Shown one piece after another: positions 40,725 through 51,119 of a stretch of 64,000 bases of DNA; the first letter of the stretch is position 1, and each line of letters opens with the position of its first letter. The notes below the pieces were generated by a model. The model was not told the origin of the DNA. It searched no databases and saw nothing but the letters and a program-made list of their open reading frames with translations. The stretch comes from Alphaproteobacteria bacterium. GTDB lineage: Bacteria > Pseudomonadota > Alphaproteobacteria > JBFXJJ01. Where the stretch lies: the NCBI GenBank assembly GCA_050175015.1, contig JBFXJJ010000009.1, positions 29,937 through 93,936 of the forward strand. The letters run 5' to 3'. The translations under genes were made by a program, and so were the position numbers.

Positions 40725-43304
40725 TCAAGAGTTCGTAGGCAGTACAATATAAACGTTAGTAATATTATTTTCCTCGTTTTTTACTTCGATTAGACCATGG
40801 TGTTGTTCTACAAATTTTTTCACCATATTGTCACCTATGCCATTTAGTTCATACCAGCCACTGTTGCTATCATTTTCAAATTCTGGAAAATAGGGATTTT
40901 TATCAAATACACTAGAAATACAGAAAATAATGCAATCGCCTTTAAGGGCATAGTTTTCTCTTTTCACATTTAATTCAATTTTGCTTTCAAGACTTGATGA
41001 GGCCACTGTATGTCCTATCATATAGTATAGAACTTGTTTAACTCTTTTCTCATCTCCAACTATCCAGCCAATGTCTTTAGGAGCGTTTATAGTAAATTCG
41101 ATTTTACTTTTCTTTATTTTATTTGCAGTCATTGCCAGCACGCCTTTAAGCATTTGATTAACATCAAAAGCATTTAAGGAAAGAGGCATTTGTCCAGCTT
41201 CAATCGATGCTAAATCAACAATATTATCAATATTGTCTTTTAATGTGTTGGCGTTTTCATAAATTTTATTAATGCTTTCTTTGGTTTTCTTAGCAATTTT
41301 TATTTTGGTATCAGAGATTTGTTTTTCTAAAGTTTGGGCATAGGACATTATTTCAGACAAAGGTTCTTTAAATTCATCGGAAACACTTGATAAGAAACGT
41401 GAGCGCATACGGCTGGCAGCTTTCATAGAATTGTTTTGATCTTTTAAAATTTTAGCAATTTTTTCTTTATCGGTAATGTCAACATAGGTGATTAATATTC
41501 CGCCGTCGGGCAAAGGTACGCTGTTGGTTTCGAGAGTGATATCGTCATTACGGTTTATTTTTACGGGTTTAAATGATTTCTCTGTTAGTTTTTGCAGCAT
41601 ATCTTCCTTGAATTCATTAAGAGTTTTGCTGTTATCAAAGAACGAATATTGCCACTCAATAACCTGTCCTATGGTAGGGTTTCGATCTAAAAGACTAGAT
41701 TCAATGTTCCATAATTCTGAATAGGCAGGGTTAAACAATTTTAATTTGCCATCAACTCCGAAAACAGCTACGGCTTCATGAAGATGAGCAATGGTATCAT
41801 TTTGAACTGCAAGGAGGGTGTTATATGAACTTTCCATAGCTAATTTATCGGTTATATCTTCATAAATCATCATTAAACCGCCAGCATAGTGAGGAGCAGT
41901 CACACGCCTAATCGTTATTCCAGAGGAAAGGTGCAAAAGCTCCTCTTTGGAGTCAATTAAAGATGAAAAATTGCGAATCTCAGCGGCTTTATAGCTTGGG
42001 TAATCAATAGTTTCAGGAAGAAGCCGTTTATCTCTTAAAAGATCAAGAAAGACACCGTATGAAGGCTGAGATAAAAGCTGTTCCTCATCTAATTTCCAAA
42101 TATTTATAAAGGAATAATTATAAAAAGCTAAGTTAGCGTTAGCATCAAATACCGCAACCGCAGTATTAATATTTTTCCAGACATCATCATTTTGCTTTTT
42201 GATAAGGTCTGATTTTTTTTCAATTTCTTCAATATTGGTTATGTCATAGGCTATTCCTGCTGTGTAGAGCTGGCTCTGTTCGCCCATAATACCATAATCA
42301 AGTGGGTTGAAAGGAATTTCATTAATTTCGATGAATTTTCTTTTGCCATCAACAATAAGATGCATCTTTTCAGTTCGCTTTTCTCTTGAGGCTCTAGCTC
42401 TAGCGGCTAGGGCTCGCAGTTTGCGGGCATCATTTCCTTTGAAGAGTTCTTCAGATTTTAGCGCTGCCTCCTTCGCTGTAGGTGCATCCGTCATTTTAGC
42501 ATAAGCACTATTGCACCATATAATGGACAAGTCGTCGCCTCTAAGCCAGACTGGAGAATTAAGCGAATCAAGCATTGCACGGTTCATATTCCGGCTGCTT
42601 TTGGCTTGTTTCAACTTGTCTTCTAGCGTATCAATTTTTTCAAAGTCTTCGGTAATATCTCGAAACCAGATGACATCACATAAAGTTCTTCCTGCAGAAG
42701 ATGTTGCTCTGTTTCCTTTTATGCGAAATATTTTTTCATCATTATACAGTCGGAATATACCTGAGAAATTGTTGCCATAACGTCTTAAATCATCAACATA
42801 TTTTACTAATGAGCGCCGATCTTCATCTTTAAACTTTTCGGCGGTTTGGGAAAAGTTTGCTTCCAGTCCAGATGAAAGACCAAGCATTAGAGCTAAGGTT
42901 CTAGAACATTCTTGTTTTACTTTTTTGTTATCATAGTTTGATAATTTATCATTTTCATTGTTATATGTTTCAAAAACGGCTTCAGGATAATAAATGAAAG
43001 CGTAATAACCGTCGGGACCGATAGAAAGCATTTCAAATAAACGTTCTGAAGCTAGATGTTCCTTATCAAGTTTACGGTAAATGCGGAGCATTTTTGATGA
43101 AACCATAAAAAGTATCAGCAAAAGGGTAATGAAAATTAAAATTATAAGGGGCAGAGTTTCATAAGATGCTTGTAAATTATTCTCAATGCTTATAGTTTTA
43201 TCTTGAGCATACAAAAAATTAGGATACAAAATCGTATATCCAATGAAAAATATCTTCATTTTTAAAAGATACTGTGATGTACTTTTGGTAATTTTTTCTA
43301 GCAT
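40725..43304 (-). CDS. divL: Multi-PAS DivL-like pseudo-histidine kinase
   Basis: PAS units (PVWLR, FNPAY..LW, PLPDGG.L.TY.DITD); DHp and CA domains degenerate; lies upstream of the tsaE cluster. Confidence 0.75.
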   Translation of the reverse strand: MLEKITKSTSQYLLKMKIFFIGYTILYPNFLYAQDKTISIENNLQASYETLPLIILIFITLLLILFMVSSKMLRIYRKLDKEHLASERLFEMLSIGPDGYYAFIYYPEAVFETYNNENDKLSNYDNKKVKQECSRTLALMLGLSSGLEANFSQTAEKFKDEDRRSLVKYVDDLRRYGNNFSGIFRLYNDEKIFRIKGNRATSSAGRTLCDVIWFRDITEDFEKIDTLEDKLKQAKSSRNMNRAMLDSLNSPVWLRGDDLSIIWCNSAYAKMTDAPTAKEAALKSEELFKGNDARKLRALAARARASREKRTEKMHLIVDGKRKFIEINEIPFNPLDYGIMGEQSQLYTAGIAYDITNIEEIEKKSDLIKKQNDDVWKNINTAVAVFDANANLAFYNYSFINIWKLDEEQLLSQPSYGVFLDLLRDKRLLPETIDYPSYKAAEIRNFSSLIDSKEELLHLSSGITIRRVTAPHYAGGLMMIYEDITDKLAMESSYNTLLAVQNDTIAHLHEAVAVFGVDGKLKLFNPAYSELWNIESSLLDRNPTIGQVIEWQYSFFDNSKTLNEFKEDMLQKLTEKSFKPVKINRNDDITLETNSVPLPDGGILITYVDITDKEKIAKILKDQNNSMKAASRMRSRFLSSVSDEFKEPLSEIMSYAQTLEKQISDTKIKIAKKTKESINKIYENANTLKDNIDNIVDLASIEAGQMPLSLNAFDVNQMLKGVLAMTANKIKKSKIEFTINAPKDIGWIVGDEKRVKQVLYYMIGHTVASSSLESKIELNVKRENYALKGDCIIFCISSVFDKNPYFPEFENDSNSGWYELNGIGDNMVKKFVEQHHGLIEVKNEENNITNVYIVLPTNS

Positions 43305-43358
43305 AAAAATGTTATAACATAAAAAAAATCTAATTAAATAAAAAAAGTTTTTTGATAA

Positions 43359-44045
43359 ATGATTATTCTAGCTTTTGATTCGTCTGTTAATGCTTGCTCA
43401 GTGTCAATCTGGCAAGATGGTAAAGATGTCTTTTCGGAGACTAAAGAAATGTTTACAGGTCAGGCTGAAGCCCTGCTGCCAATGGTCGCTGATGTGCTTG
43501 ATAAAGCCAAAATTAAGCCCCAAGAAATAAATGCGGTTGCTGTGACCTCGGGACCTGGGTCTTTTACGGGAATTCGAATAGGACTTTCTGCAGCTAATGC
43601 TCTTGGTTTTGCTTTGAATGTTCCTGTGATTGGCGTTTCAACTATGGAGGCTTTGGTGTATTCTCTTCCAGAGATGTTAGATAATCAGCCTTTGGGAGTA
43701 GTGATTGACACTAAAAGGAATGATTTTTACTTTCAGCTTTTTGACAACAAAAGACAGGCCGTCTCTGAAATATTTTATTATAAAGCTGAGGAAATTTGTG
43801 GTTTTCTTGAAAAGATGAATCTAACAGAAGTAAACTTGGTTGGAGATGGTGTTGGCAGATTTTTGGCAGAAGCAAACAGCAATAAAAGAATAACGTTTAA
43901 TGAATTTTATAAAACAAATTACCCTTTATCGATAAAAATTGCATCAATAGCTAGTAATGAATTAACTAAAATTACACCAAAAAGGCAAACAGCGATAGTA
44001 AAACCATTATATCTGCGCCCTCCAGATGTTTCTATGCCTAAATAA
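43359..44045 (+). CDS. tsaB: tRNA t6A biosynthesis protein TsaB
   Basis: ILAFDSS, QAEALLP, GPGSFTGIRIG, PLYLRPPD. Confidence 0.93.
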   Translation: MIILAFDSSVNACSVSIWQDGKDVFSETKEMFTGQAEALLPMVADVLDKAKIKPQEINAVAVTSGPGSFTGIRIGLSAANALGFALNVPVIGVSTMEALVYSLPEMLDNQPLGVVIDTKRNDFYFQLFDNKRQAVSEIFYYKAEEICGFLEKMNLTEVNLVGDGVGRFLAEANSNKRITFNEFYKTNYPLSIKIASIASNELTKITPKRQTAIVKPLYLRPPDVSMPK

Positions 44046-44297
44046 ATTGTGCTATTTGCATTGTTTTTTAATGGCTTTTTATAAGTTAATTTTGTAATTG
44101 TAAGAAAAAAATAACATTTTTAACATTTTGTTATGTTTTATTCTTGACATAAAGGACATTTTTTAAAATAAATATAGCTTAGTATATAAAATAAAATATA
44201 TGTTTATTTTTATAAATATGTTTTATTTGTAAATGTTGCTATACATAATTTCTAAATAAAGTAACGAAAAATAATAAACAAAAAGGATAATAAAAAA

Positions 44298-44702
44298 ATG
44301 GCAGACAATTTAAATAAGGATGAAATTTTAGCACTAACAACTGAAATAGTTTCTTCTTATGTTAGCAATAATTCATTATCAGTTAATGATATTCCCAAGT
44401 TTATCAATGAAGTTTGCTCAACACTTTCTAACTTGAGTTCTTGTACTTCATCCGAACCTAAGCTTGAACCTGCTGTTCCAATTAAAAAGTCGATTATGCC
44501 AGACTATATCGTCTGTCTTGAAGATGGTAAAAAATTAAAAATGTTAAAAAGACATTTGAAAACAGCATATAGTATGACACCTGAAGAGTATAGAGATCGC
44601 TGGGGACTTCCTGTGGATTACCCAATGGTTGCACCTAATTATGCGGATCATCGTTCTTCTCTTGCTAAAAAGATAGGTCTTGGAACAAAGCCTAAAAAAT
44701 AA
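44298..44702 (+). CDS. mucR: MucR/Ros zinc-finger regulator
   Basis: PAVPIKKS, CLEDGKKLKMLKRHL, YPMVAPNY. Confidence 0.95.
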   Translation: MADNLNKDEILALTTEIVSSYVSNNSLSVNDIPKFINEVCSTLSNLSSCTSSEPKLEPAVPIKKSIMPDYIVCLEDGKKLKMLKRHLKTAYSMTPEEYRDRWGLPVDYPMVAPNYADHRSSLAKKIGLGTKPKK

Positions 44703-44728
44703 TCTTAAATAAGATATTTAATTGAAAT

Positions 44729-44766
44729 AAAAAAGCGCACTTGATGTTTATTATGGTGCGCTTTTC
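44729..44766 (+). terminator. Terminator after mucR
   Basis: AAAAGCGCAC...GTGCGCTTTT. Confidence 0.7.
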
Positions 44767-44833
44767 TCATTTAAAAACTATGCTCTGGATATTATAAGTG
44801 GTTAATGCTAAAATAGTTGAAGGAAAAAAAATG

Positions 44834-44861
44834 TTGCAATTTAAAAATTTATAAATATTAT
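44834..44861 (+). promoter_or_regulatory. Probable sigma70 promoter of tRNA-Ala
   Basis: TTGCAA-16 nt-TATTAT, 15 nt upstream of the tRNA. Confidence 0.45.
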
Positions 44862-44876
44862 CTTTTAATGTATTTT

Positions 44877-44952
<76 letters not shown>

Positions 44953-44983
44953 AAATTTTGTTTCTTTAAAAAAGATGTTAGCC

Positions 44984-45448
44984 ATGAAAAAATTATTTTT
45001 AATTATGTTTAGTCTTCTTTTGGTATCACCTGTTTTTGCTCAAGAACGCGGTACAAGAGATGAAGCTGTGGCAATGGTTAACGATTTTATTGCTTATTAT
45101 AAAGAAAAAGGTCCAGTTAAGGCTTATGCAGAAGTTCAAAATACTAAAGGCAGATTTAGAAAGAAAGATCTCTATATCTTTGTTGCCAAAACGACTTTTG
45201 ATAATGAAACATTAGTCCTAGCCCACGGTGCCAATCCGGCTATTGTTGGGCGTAATGTTGATAGTATGCGTGATGCTGATGGTAAGTATTTTTTCCAAGA
45301 TTTTAGAACGGTGTATTTAAGTGAAGCCAAAGAAGGATGGGTTGATTACAAATGGCCTCATCCAGTAACTAAAAAAGTGGAAAGCAAGTCAACTTTTATC
45401 AAAAAAGTAGATGAAAATATTTACGCTGGTTGTGGTGTTTCTGAATAG
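44984..45448 (+). CDS. Stand-alone periplasmic single Cache domain protein
   Basis: Signal peptide; EAVAMV, DLYIFV, AHGANP..VG, DADGK, GWVDYKW.HP, K.TF. Confidence 0.85.
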   Translation: MKKLFLIMFSLLLVSPVFAQERGTRDEAVAMVNDFIAYYKEKGPVKAYAEVQNTKGRFRKKDLYIFVAKTTFDNETLVLAHGANPAIVGRNVDSMRDADGKYFFQDFRTVYLSEAKEGWVDYKWPHPVTKKVESKSTFIKKVDENIYAGCGVSE

Positions 45449-45510
45449 CCGTTTTAAAAAGGCTTGTCAAACTTCTAATCCATAACACAGTTTTATGACT
45501 TATATCACCA

Positions 45511-45536
45511 TTAGTTTAAGTAAATCCTTAAACTAA
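45511..45536. promoter_or_regulatory. Inverted repeat upstream of MATE gene (operator or weak terminator)
   Basis: TTAGTTTAAG-6 nt-CTTAAACTAA. Confidence 0.4.
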
Positions 45537-45590
45537 TCCTCTTTTTATTCTTATAAAAATTTAACTAAGGCCTTAAAAAAGGTTACGAAA

Positions 45591-46970
45591 ATGATTACAC
45601 GTTTTTTTAATAAGCATTTCCGCGGAGCTGGCGGAATTAATGAATTGTTTGCTGTTGCGCTACCGCTTTATATATCGTCTTCTTGTGAAACGGTTATGCT
45701 GTTTACAGATAGATATTTTTTATCAAAATTAGGCTCAGAATATATGTCGGCATCACTTGGAGGTGGATTGTCAGCATTTATGTTCTTCACATTCTTTTTG
45801 GGATTGATTGGCTATGGTACTGCTTTGGTTGCCCAGTATTTTGGGGCAAGAAAACTGAAAAAATGCCCTTTGGTATTTACGCAGTCTATTATTATATCGT
45901 TATTTGCCTATCCATCAGTGCTTTTATGTATTCCTTTGGGCTGCTTTATTTTTGAAAAAATAGGTATTCCTAGGGAACAGCTGGAGCCTCAGAAAATATA
46001 CTTCAAAATACTTATGTATGGGGCATTTTTAAGTTTTGCTCATCATAGTATTACTTGCTATTTCAGTGGAATAGGAAGGACAGGAGTTATTATGGTGACA
46101 AGTGTTGCCACAATGGCGATTAATGTCTTTGTTACCTATACCCTTGTGTCGGGACATTTTGGCTTTCCAGCATTGGGTGTAAGGGGAGCGGCAATAGGAA
46201 CCGTTATCGGACATATTTCTGGGCTTTCATCTTGCCTTTATGTTTATCTTTGTAGAAAAAACAGGCTGCAATTTAAAGTTAAAGAATCTTTTAAGTTTGA
46301 TAAAAATGTTTTAGGAAAAATTTTTCGTTTTGGTTATCCCGCAGGAATAGAATTTTTCTTAAGCCTTATTGCGTTTAACTTTTTTGTTATGACTTTTCAA
46401 TCATACAGCATATCTGTTTCTACAGCGGTAACTATAATGTTTAACTGGGAAAACGTTTATTTCTTACCGTTGTTAGGTATGAATACGGCTGTTACTAGTT
46501 TGGTCGGGAGATATATAGGCGCTAAAAACTATGATATAGCAGATCGGATTACTAGATCGGGTTTAAAAATAGTCTTTATTTATGCTATGGTTGGTATGGT
46601 CTGTTTCTTGGTTTTTGCTGGAGATATGGTTGATTTTTTCAGGCCAGACAAAAATGATGAAATTTTTAATCAAGCGAGACCTTTTGCCGCCTTTATGCTT
46701 GGTAGTGTAAGTTTTTATCTTTTGGCTGATGCTTTAGGACTAGTTTATAGTGGAGCTTTAAGAGGAGCAGGTGATACCTTTGGTCCAATGTGTATTTCGA
46801 TTATTTCATCGTGGTCAATGTTTTTAACAACATTTATTATGGTTAGATTTTTGACGGTTAAACCAGAAGCAATATGGATTTTTACCATAATATCATTTTG
46901 GAGTTTTAATTTAATGTTCTTTTACCGCTATCGTTCAGGCAAATGGCGAAATATTAAAGTTATTGAGTAA
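45591..46970 (+). CDS. MATE-family efflux transporter
   Basis: About 12 TM segments; FTDRYFLSKLG, VAQYFGA, LGVRGAAIGT, GALRGAGDT. Confidence 0.92.
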   Translation: MITRFFNKHFRGAGGINELFAVALPLYISSSCETVMLFTDRYFLSKLGSEYMSASLGGGLSAFMFFTFFLGLIGYGTALVAQYFGARKLKKCPLVFTQSIIISLFAYPSVLLCIPLGCFIFEKIGIPREQLEPQKIYFKILMYGAFLSFAHHSITCYFSGIGRTGVIMVTSVATMAINVFVTYTLVSGHFGFPALGVRGAAIGTVIGHISGLSSCLYVYLCRKNRLQFKVKESFKFDKNVLGKIFRFGYPAGIEFFLSLIAFNFFVMTFQSYSISVSTAVTIMFNWENVYFLPLLGMNTAVTSLVGRYIGAKNYDIADRITRSGLKIVFIYAMVGMVCFLVFAGDMVDFFRPDKNDEIFNQARPFAAFMLGSVSFYLLADALGLVYSGALRGAGDTFGPMCISIISSWSMFLTTFIMVRFLTVKPEAIWIFTIISFWSFNLMFFYRYRSGKWRNIKVIE

Positions 46971-46999
46971 GAAGATAGCAAAAATAAGGAAATATAGTT

Positions 47000-47043
47000 T
47001 AATCAACGGTGTTTTTTATATTAATTAAAAATGCCGTTGATTA
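47000..47043 (+). terminator. Stem-loop after MATE gene
   Basis: TAATCAACGG...CCGTTGATTA. Confidence 0.5.
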
Positions 47044-47143
47044 GTTCAATAGATAATATGTGATTATTTCTTTGGTTTAAATATTGTGTGAAGGTTCGTT
47101 ATCTTAGAATTTTTTGGTTTGACTATATTGTTGAGGCAAAATA

Positions 47144-47181
47144 AAAACCCCTAGAATTAACGTTTTGTTTCTAGGGGTTTT
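47144..47181. terminator. Bidirectional terminator
   Basis: AAAACCCCTAGAA...TTCTAGGGGTTTT. Confidence 0.8.
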
Positions 47182-47199
47182 GTTTTAAACTTTTCAGTT

Positions 47200-47631
47200 T
47201 TAAGATTTTTCGCCATTTTTCCAACGTTTTACGGCACCGAACTGTTTTACGAGCTCGTCTACATTGCGAGCTTTGCGGATAACATCGTTTCGTGTTTCTA
47301 ATCCTTCGGCAAGAATCTCATCAACTTTTTCAACAGTGACACCATAAACACGCTCAACTGTCTTACCGTCTAATTCTGCAACCATAACAATTTCAGTATG
47401 ATTCAAAGGTCTGCAAGCTTCTTCATGAATATTTTCTAACTTAATAGAAAGGTCAGCGTTGCGTCTTAAAAGGGCAGTTTTTTTGCCATCAAATAAAAGT
47501 TCAGGGTGTTCTGGCTGACCTTTTTTGGCATCAATAAATATTGCAATTTCACCATATTTATTTTCAATAATTTCAAAACTATTTTGTTTTTCAATAGTTG
47601 TATAATAATTCTGATTATTTATTTCTGTCAT
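47200..47631 (-). CDS. Hypothetical small acidic protein, paralog of 60205-60519
   Basis: FEIIENKYGEIAIFIDAK...P.LL...A.L.R......LENIH aligns by eye with 60205-60519. Confidence 0.7.
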   Translation of the reverse strand: MTEINNQNYYTTIEKQNSFEIIENKYGEIAIFIDAKKGQPEHPELLFDGKKTALLRRNADLSIKLENIHEEACRPLNHTEIVMVAELDGKTVERVYGVTVEKVDEILAEGLETRNDVIRKARNVDELVKQFGAVKRWKNGEKS

Positions 47632-47798
47632 TTGATTTTACACCAAAAGAAAAGTTACGCTGTTACTTTTGGTAAGCTATTTTAAGTCTAGAGTCAATTT
47701 TTAAAAATAAACTATACGAAAAACATTAGTGAAAAACTTGTAAATTACTGAAATCATATTTAAAATGCACTGTAAAATTTGGAAAATAAGGAAAAAAA

Positions 47799-48728
47799 AT
47801 GAATAAAAATAAAATAATAATAGATACGGATCCTGGTGTTGATGATGCTATTGCCATTTTTTTAGCTCTAGCTTCTCCTGAAATAGAGGTTTTGGGGTTA
47901 ACAACCGTTGCGGGCAACGTTCCTTTAGAGACTTCTTTCGATAATGCTCGAAGAATATGCGCTTTAGCTAATAGAAAAGATATTCCTATATTTAAGGGCT
48001 TCAAAAAACCACTTAAACGTGATTTTGTTGATGCTGCTTGGGTGCATGGTAATGATGGTATTGGCGGCGTTACGATGCCCGAATCTGATGCTGATTTTAA
48101 AAAAGAGCACGCCGTTGACTTCTTATTAAGAACGATAAGAATGAATGATGATAAAACAATAACGCTGGCAACTCTTGGCCCTCTCACTAATATTGCGGCA
48201 GCATTGACTCAAGACTTAGAGACAATGAAAAGGCTTAAAAAGATAGTCATAATGGGCGGGTCTTTTGATAAAAATGCAGACCCTAGAGGTAATTCTTCTC
48301 TTTATGCTGAATATAATATTTTTGCAGATCCTCATGCGGCTGATATTGTTTTTAAATGCGGGATAGATATGGTTATTGTTCCGATGGAAACTGGAAAACA
48401 GGCGGTTGCGGACAGAGATTTTATTAATAAAGTTGAACAGATAGATAATCCTTGCGCTCAAGCTTTTTGTAAAATGATTGAGAATTTTATGAAAAGGCTA
48501 GATGTTGACTTGGCTCCGCTTTATGACCCTTGTGTTAGCGGTTATCTTCTGCGTCCTGATATTTTTGAGGGTGTAAAGGGCAGCATCGAAACCGTGATTG
48601 ATGCTGATGATGAAAAGTTTGGACTGACTGATATTTATCCTGATGGCAGCTCTAATTGTTTAGTCGCTAACAAAATTGATAAAGACCAGTTTTTAGCATT
48701 AGTGTTGGAAAGAATGGCTCGCCTGTAA
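47799..48728 (+). CDS. Nucleoside hydrolase (IUNH family)
   Basis: IIDTDPGVDDA, GPLTNIA, MGG, AEYNIFADPHAA. Confidence 0.95.
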   Translation: MNKNKIIIDTDPGVDDAIAIFLALASPEIEVLGLTTVAGNVPLETSFDNARRICALANRKDIPIFKGFKKPLKRDFVDAAWVHGNDGIGGVTMPESDADFKKEHAVDFLLRTIRMNDDKTITLATLGPLTNIAAALTQDLETMKRLKKIVIMGGSFDKNADPRGNSSLYAEYNIFADPHAADIVFKCGIDMVIVPMETGKQAVADRDFINKVEQIDNPCAQAFCKMIENFMKRLDVDLAPLYDPCVSGYLLRPDIFEGVKGSIETVIDADDEKFGLTDIYPDGSSNCLVANKIDKDQFLALVLERMARL

Positions 48729-49333
48729 TGTTTTCAGTAAAATCGCTTTATCGTGAAGATGGCAATTTAGGTTGTCCTGAGGCTATTAGCCTTGAGATTG
48801 ATAATGGTGAATGTTTGGCGGTTGTTGGTAAATCGGGCTCTGGAAAGAGCTTGTTGCTGCGGGCATTGGCTGATATTGATGAAGCTTTTGGCGAAATTAT
48901 GGTTAACGGTATCGGCAAAAACCAAGTGAAGGGCTATGAATGGCGAAGGAAGGTTACGTATGTCGCCTCTGATTCTGGTTGGTGGTATGATAGTGTTGGA
49001 GAACATTTTAAAGATAAAAATGAAGCCCTATCTTATATCCGTTTATTAGATTTATCTGATAACGTTCTATCTTGGCAGGTAGCAAGACTTTCTAATGGCG
49101 AAAAGCAGCGTTTGGCTTTAGTAAGGGCTTTGGTGCAAGAGCCAGAAGTTCTGCTGCTTGATGAACCAACTTCTGCTTTAGATGAATTATCCATCACAAA
49201 AGTGGAAGAGTTATTTAAAGATTTTCTAGCTAAAGGCAGAAGCATCATTTTTTCAACCCATAATAGGGAACAAGCTAAAAGACTTGGGCATAGAACGGTT
49301 ACGATTAAAAAGGGGATAATCGATAATGTCTAA
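48728..49333 (+). CDS. fetA: ABC ATPase, FetA/YbbL-like
   Basis: GKSGSGKS, LSNGEKQR, LLLDEPTSALD; coupled to FetB. Confidence 0.78.
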   Translation: MFSVKSLYREDGNLGCPEAISLEIDNGECLAVVGKSGSGKSLLLRALADIDEAFGEIMVNGIGKNQVKGYEWRRKVTYVASDSGWWYDSVGEHFKDKNEALSYIRLLDLSDNVLSWQVARLSNGEKQRLALVRALVQEPEVLLLDEPTSALDELSITKVEELFKDFLAKGRSIIFSTHNREQAKRLGHRTVTIKKGIIDNV

Positions 49334-50144
49334 CGATTATATTCATCTTTCTTATTTAACAATAGCTCTTGCTTCAATTACTATTTTGATTAATGCTGTT
49401 TTGTCTTTTTATTTTAAACTTGGTATGGAAAAAAAGTTGCTGTTTGCTGCAAGTCGAATGGTTTTGCAGCTTTTTCTGCTAGGCTTTGTTTTAAAATTTT
49501 TATTTGAGAACACATCACTTATTTTTACGTTTATCGCTGTTTTTTGTATGCTTATGTTTGCGGGAAGGGAAGCGTATGCCCGCCAGCAGAGAAAGTTTAA
49601 AGGTCTTTGGTCCTTTGGTTTAAGTTCTGGCAGTATGACGATTGCGGCAAGCTGTATTACAATTTTTGCTTTATTTACCCAAATTAGTCCTGAGCCTTGG
49701 TATAATCCACGTTACTTCCTGCCCATATTAGGAATGATTCTTGGTAATACGATGAATGGTATTAGTTTGGGACTGGATAATCTTACGGCGATTGCAGCAA
49801 GAGAAAAAGCAAGTATTGAAGCTCGAATTGCGCTGGGGCATACAAGGCTTGAAGCTCTTAACTTAGTCATTCGTTCGGCTTTACGCACCAGCTTTATGCC
49901 TGCCATTAACAGTATGTCGGCTATTGGTATTGTTTCAATTCCAGGAATGATGACAGGGCAGATTTTAGCTGGAGCCGATCCCGTTGAAGCAACGAAGTAT
50001 CAGATGATGATAATGTTTATGATTGCAGGCAGTACAGGGCTTGGCTCATTATTTGCTGTTCTTGGCGGGGCATTGCGTATAACTGATGATAGGCACCGTT
50101 TGCGTTTAGATCGTTTGCGTGGAGTGTATTCAAAAAATGGATAA
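49326..50144 (+). CDS. fetB: ABC permease FetB/YbbM (UPF0014)
   Basis: RMVLQL, PILGMILGN.MNG, GIVSIPGMMTGQILAG.DP..A.KYQ. Confidence 0.9.
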   Translation: MSNDYIHLSYLTIALASITILINAVLSFYFKLGMEKKLLFAASRMVLQLFLLGFVLKFLFENTSLIFTFIAVFCMLMFAGREAYARQQRKFKGLWSFGLSSGSMTIAASCITIFALFTQISPEPWYNPRYFLPILGMILGNTMNGISLGLDNLTAIAAREKASIEARIALGHTRLEALNLVIRSALRTSFMPAINSMSAIGIVSIPGMMTGQILAGADPVEATKYQMMIMFMIAGSTGLGSLFAVLGGALRITDDRHRLRLDRLRGVYSKNG

Positions 50145-51096
50145 TGTTTTTTTAGCGCAAAAGATAATATCTATAGCGCCGATGCTTAAACTGACTGATA
50201 GGCATTTCCGTTATATCCTGCGGCAAATCAGTCAGGAAGCTGTTTTGTATACTGAAATGGTTCCCGCAAATGCTATTGCCTGTGGTAAAGGGCTCCATCT
50301 TTTTGATTATAACAAAGAAGAAAAACCGTTGGTTTTGCAGCTTGGGGGCAATAATCCTGAAATAATGGCACAGGCGGCGGCGATAGCTGAAGAATACGGC
50401 TATAATGAAATTAATATCAATGCGGGTTGTCCCTCAGATAGAGTTGCGGGGGCTGGGCTTTTTGGTGCGGCATTAATAAAAGAGCCACAGCTTTTGGCTA
50501 ATATCTTTAAAAAAATGCAGCAAAGCTGCTCTATTCCTGTAACCATTAAAACTAGAATAGGTATTAGACCAAATGATTCATATGACGATTTAAAACAATT
50601 TATAGAAATTTTATCAGAGGCAGGGTGTCATACCTTCATTATTCACGCAAGAAGTGCCGTTTTGCATAAACTTTCTCCTAAGCAAAATCGTAAAGTCGTG
50701 CCGCTGCGTCCCGAAATTGTTTACAGATTAAAGCAAGAGAAGCCTAACTTAAAAATCATTATCAACGGAGGAGTAAAAACTAAAGAAGAAGTTTTTAATC
50801 ATCTGCAATTTGTTGATGGGGTTATGATTGGGGAGGGCATATACAAAAACCCGATGTTGCTGGCAGATATTTATGGTGTTTCAAAAACGAGATATGAAAT
50901 AGTTGAAAACACAGTTTCATATATGGAGCAGATGGCTGCCTTGGGAATTAGACCTAAATATGTTTTAAGGCATCTTATGGGATTATTTTATGCTACGCCT
51001 TATGCTAAAGATTGGAAAAAACACTTAACCTTATTTTCAAAACTTGATAACGTTGATAAAAACAAGTTATTAGATATAACAGCAGAATTTATTTAA
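50137..51096 (+). CDS. dusA: tRNA-dihydrouridine synthase A
   Basis: APML..TDRHFR, LYTEMV, LQLGG, NINAGCPS.RV, HAR.A....LSPKQNR..PL. Confidence 0.88.
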   Translation: MDNVFLAQKIISIAPMLKLTDRHFRYILRQISQEAVLYTEMVPANAIACGKGLHLFDYNKEEKPLVLQLGGNNPEIMAQAAAIAEEYGYNEININAGCPSDRVAGAGLFGAALIKEPQLLANIFKKMQQSCSIPVTIKTRIGIRPNDSYDDLKQFIEILSEAGCHTFIIHARSAVLHKLSPKQNRKVVPLRPEIVYRLKQEKPNLKIIINGGVKTKEEVFNHLQFVDGVMIGEGIYKNPMLLADIYGVSKTRYEIVENTVSYMEQMAALGIRPKYVLRHLMGLFYATPYAKDWKKHLTLFSKLDNVDKNKLLDITAEFI

Positions 51097-51119
51097 AGCT
51101 TTTCTTGGGATATAAAATT

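Noticed and set aside
44046-44297. Very AT-rich gap before mucR as a lost gene or CtrA site
   Set aside because: No ORF remnant and no exact TTAA-N7-TTAA. Best read as an AT-rich promoter region.
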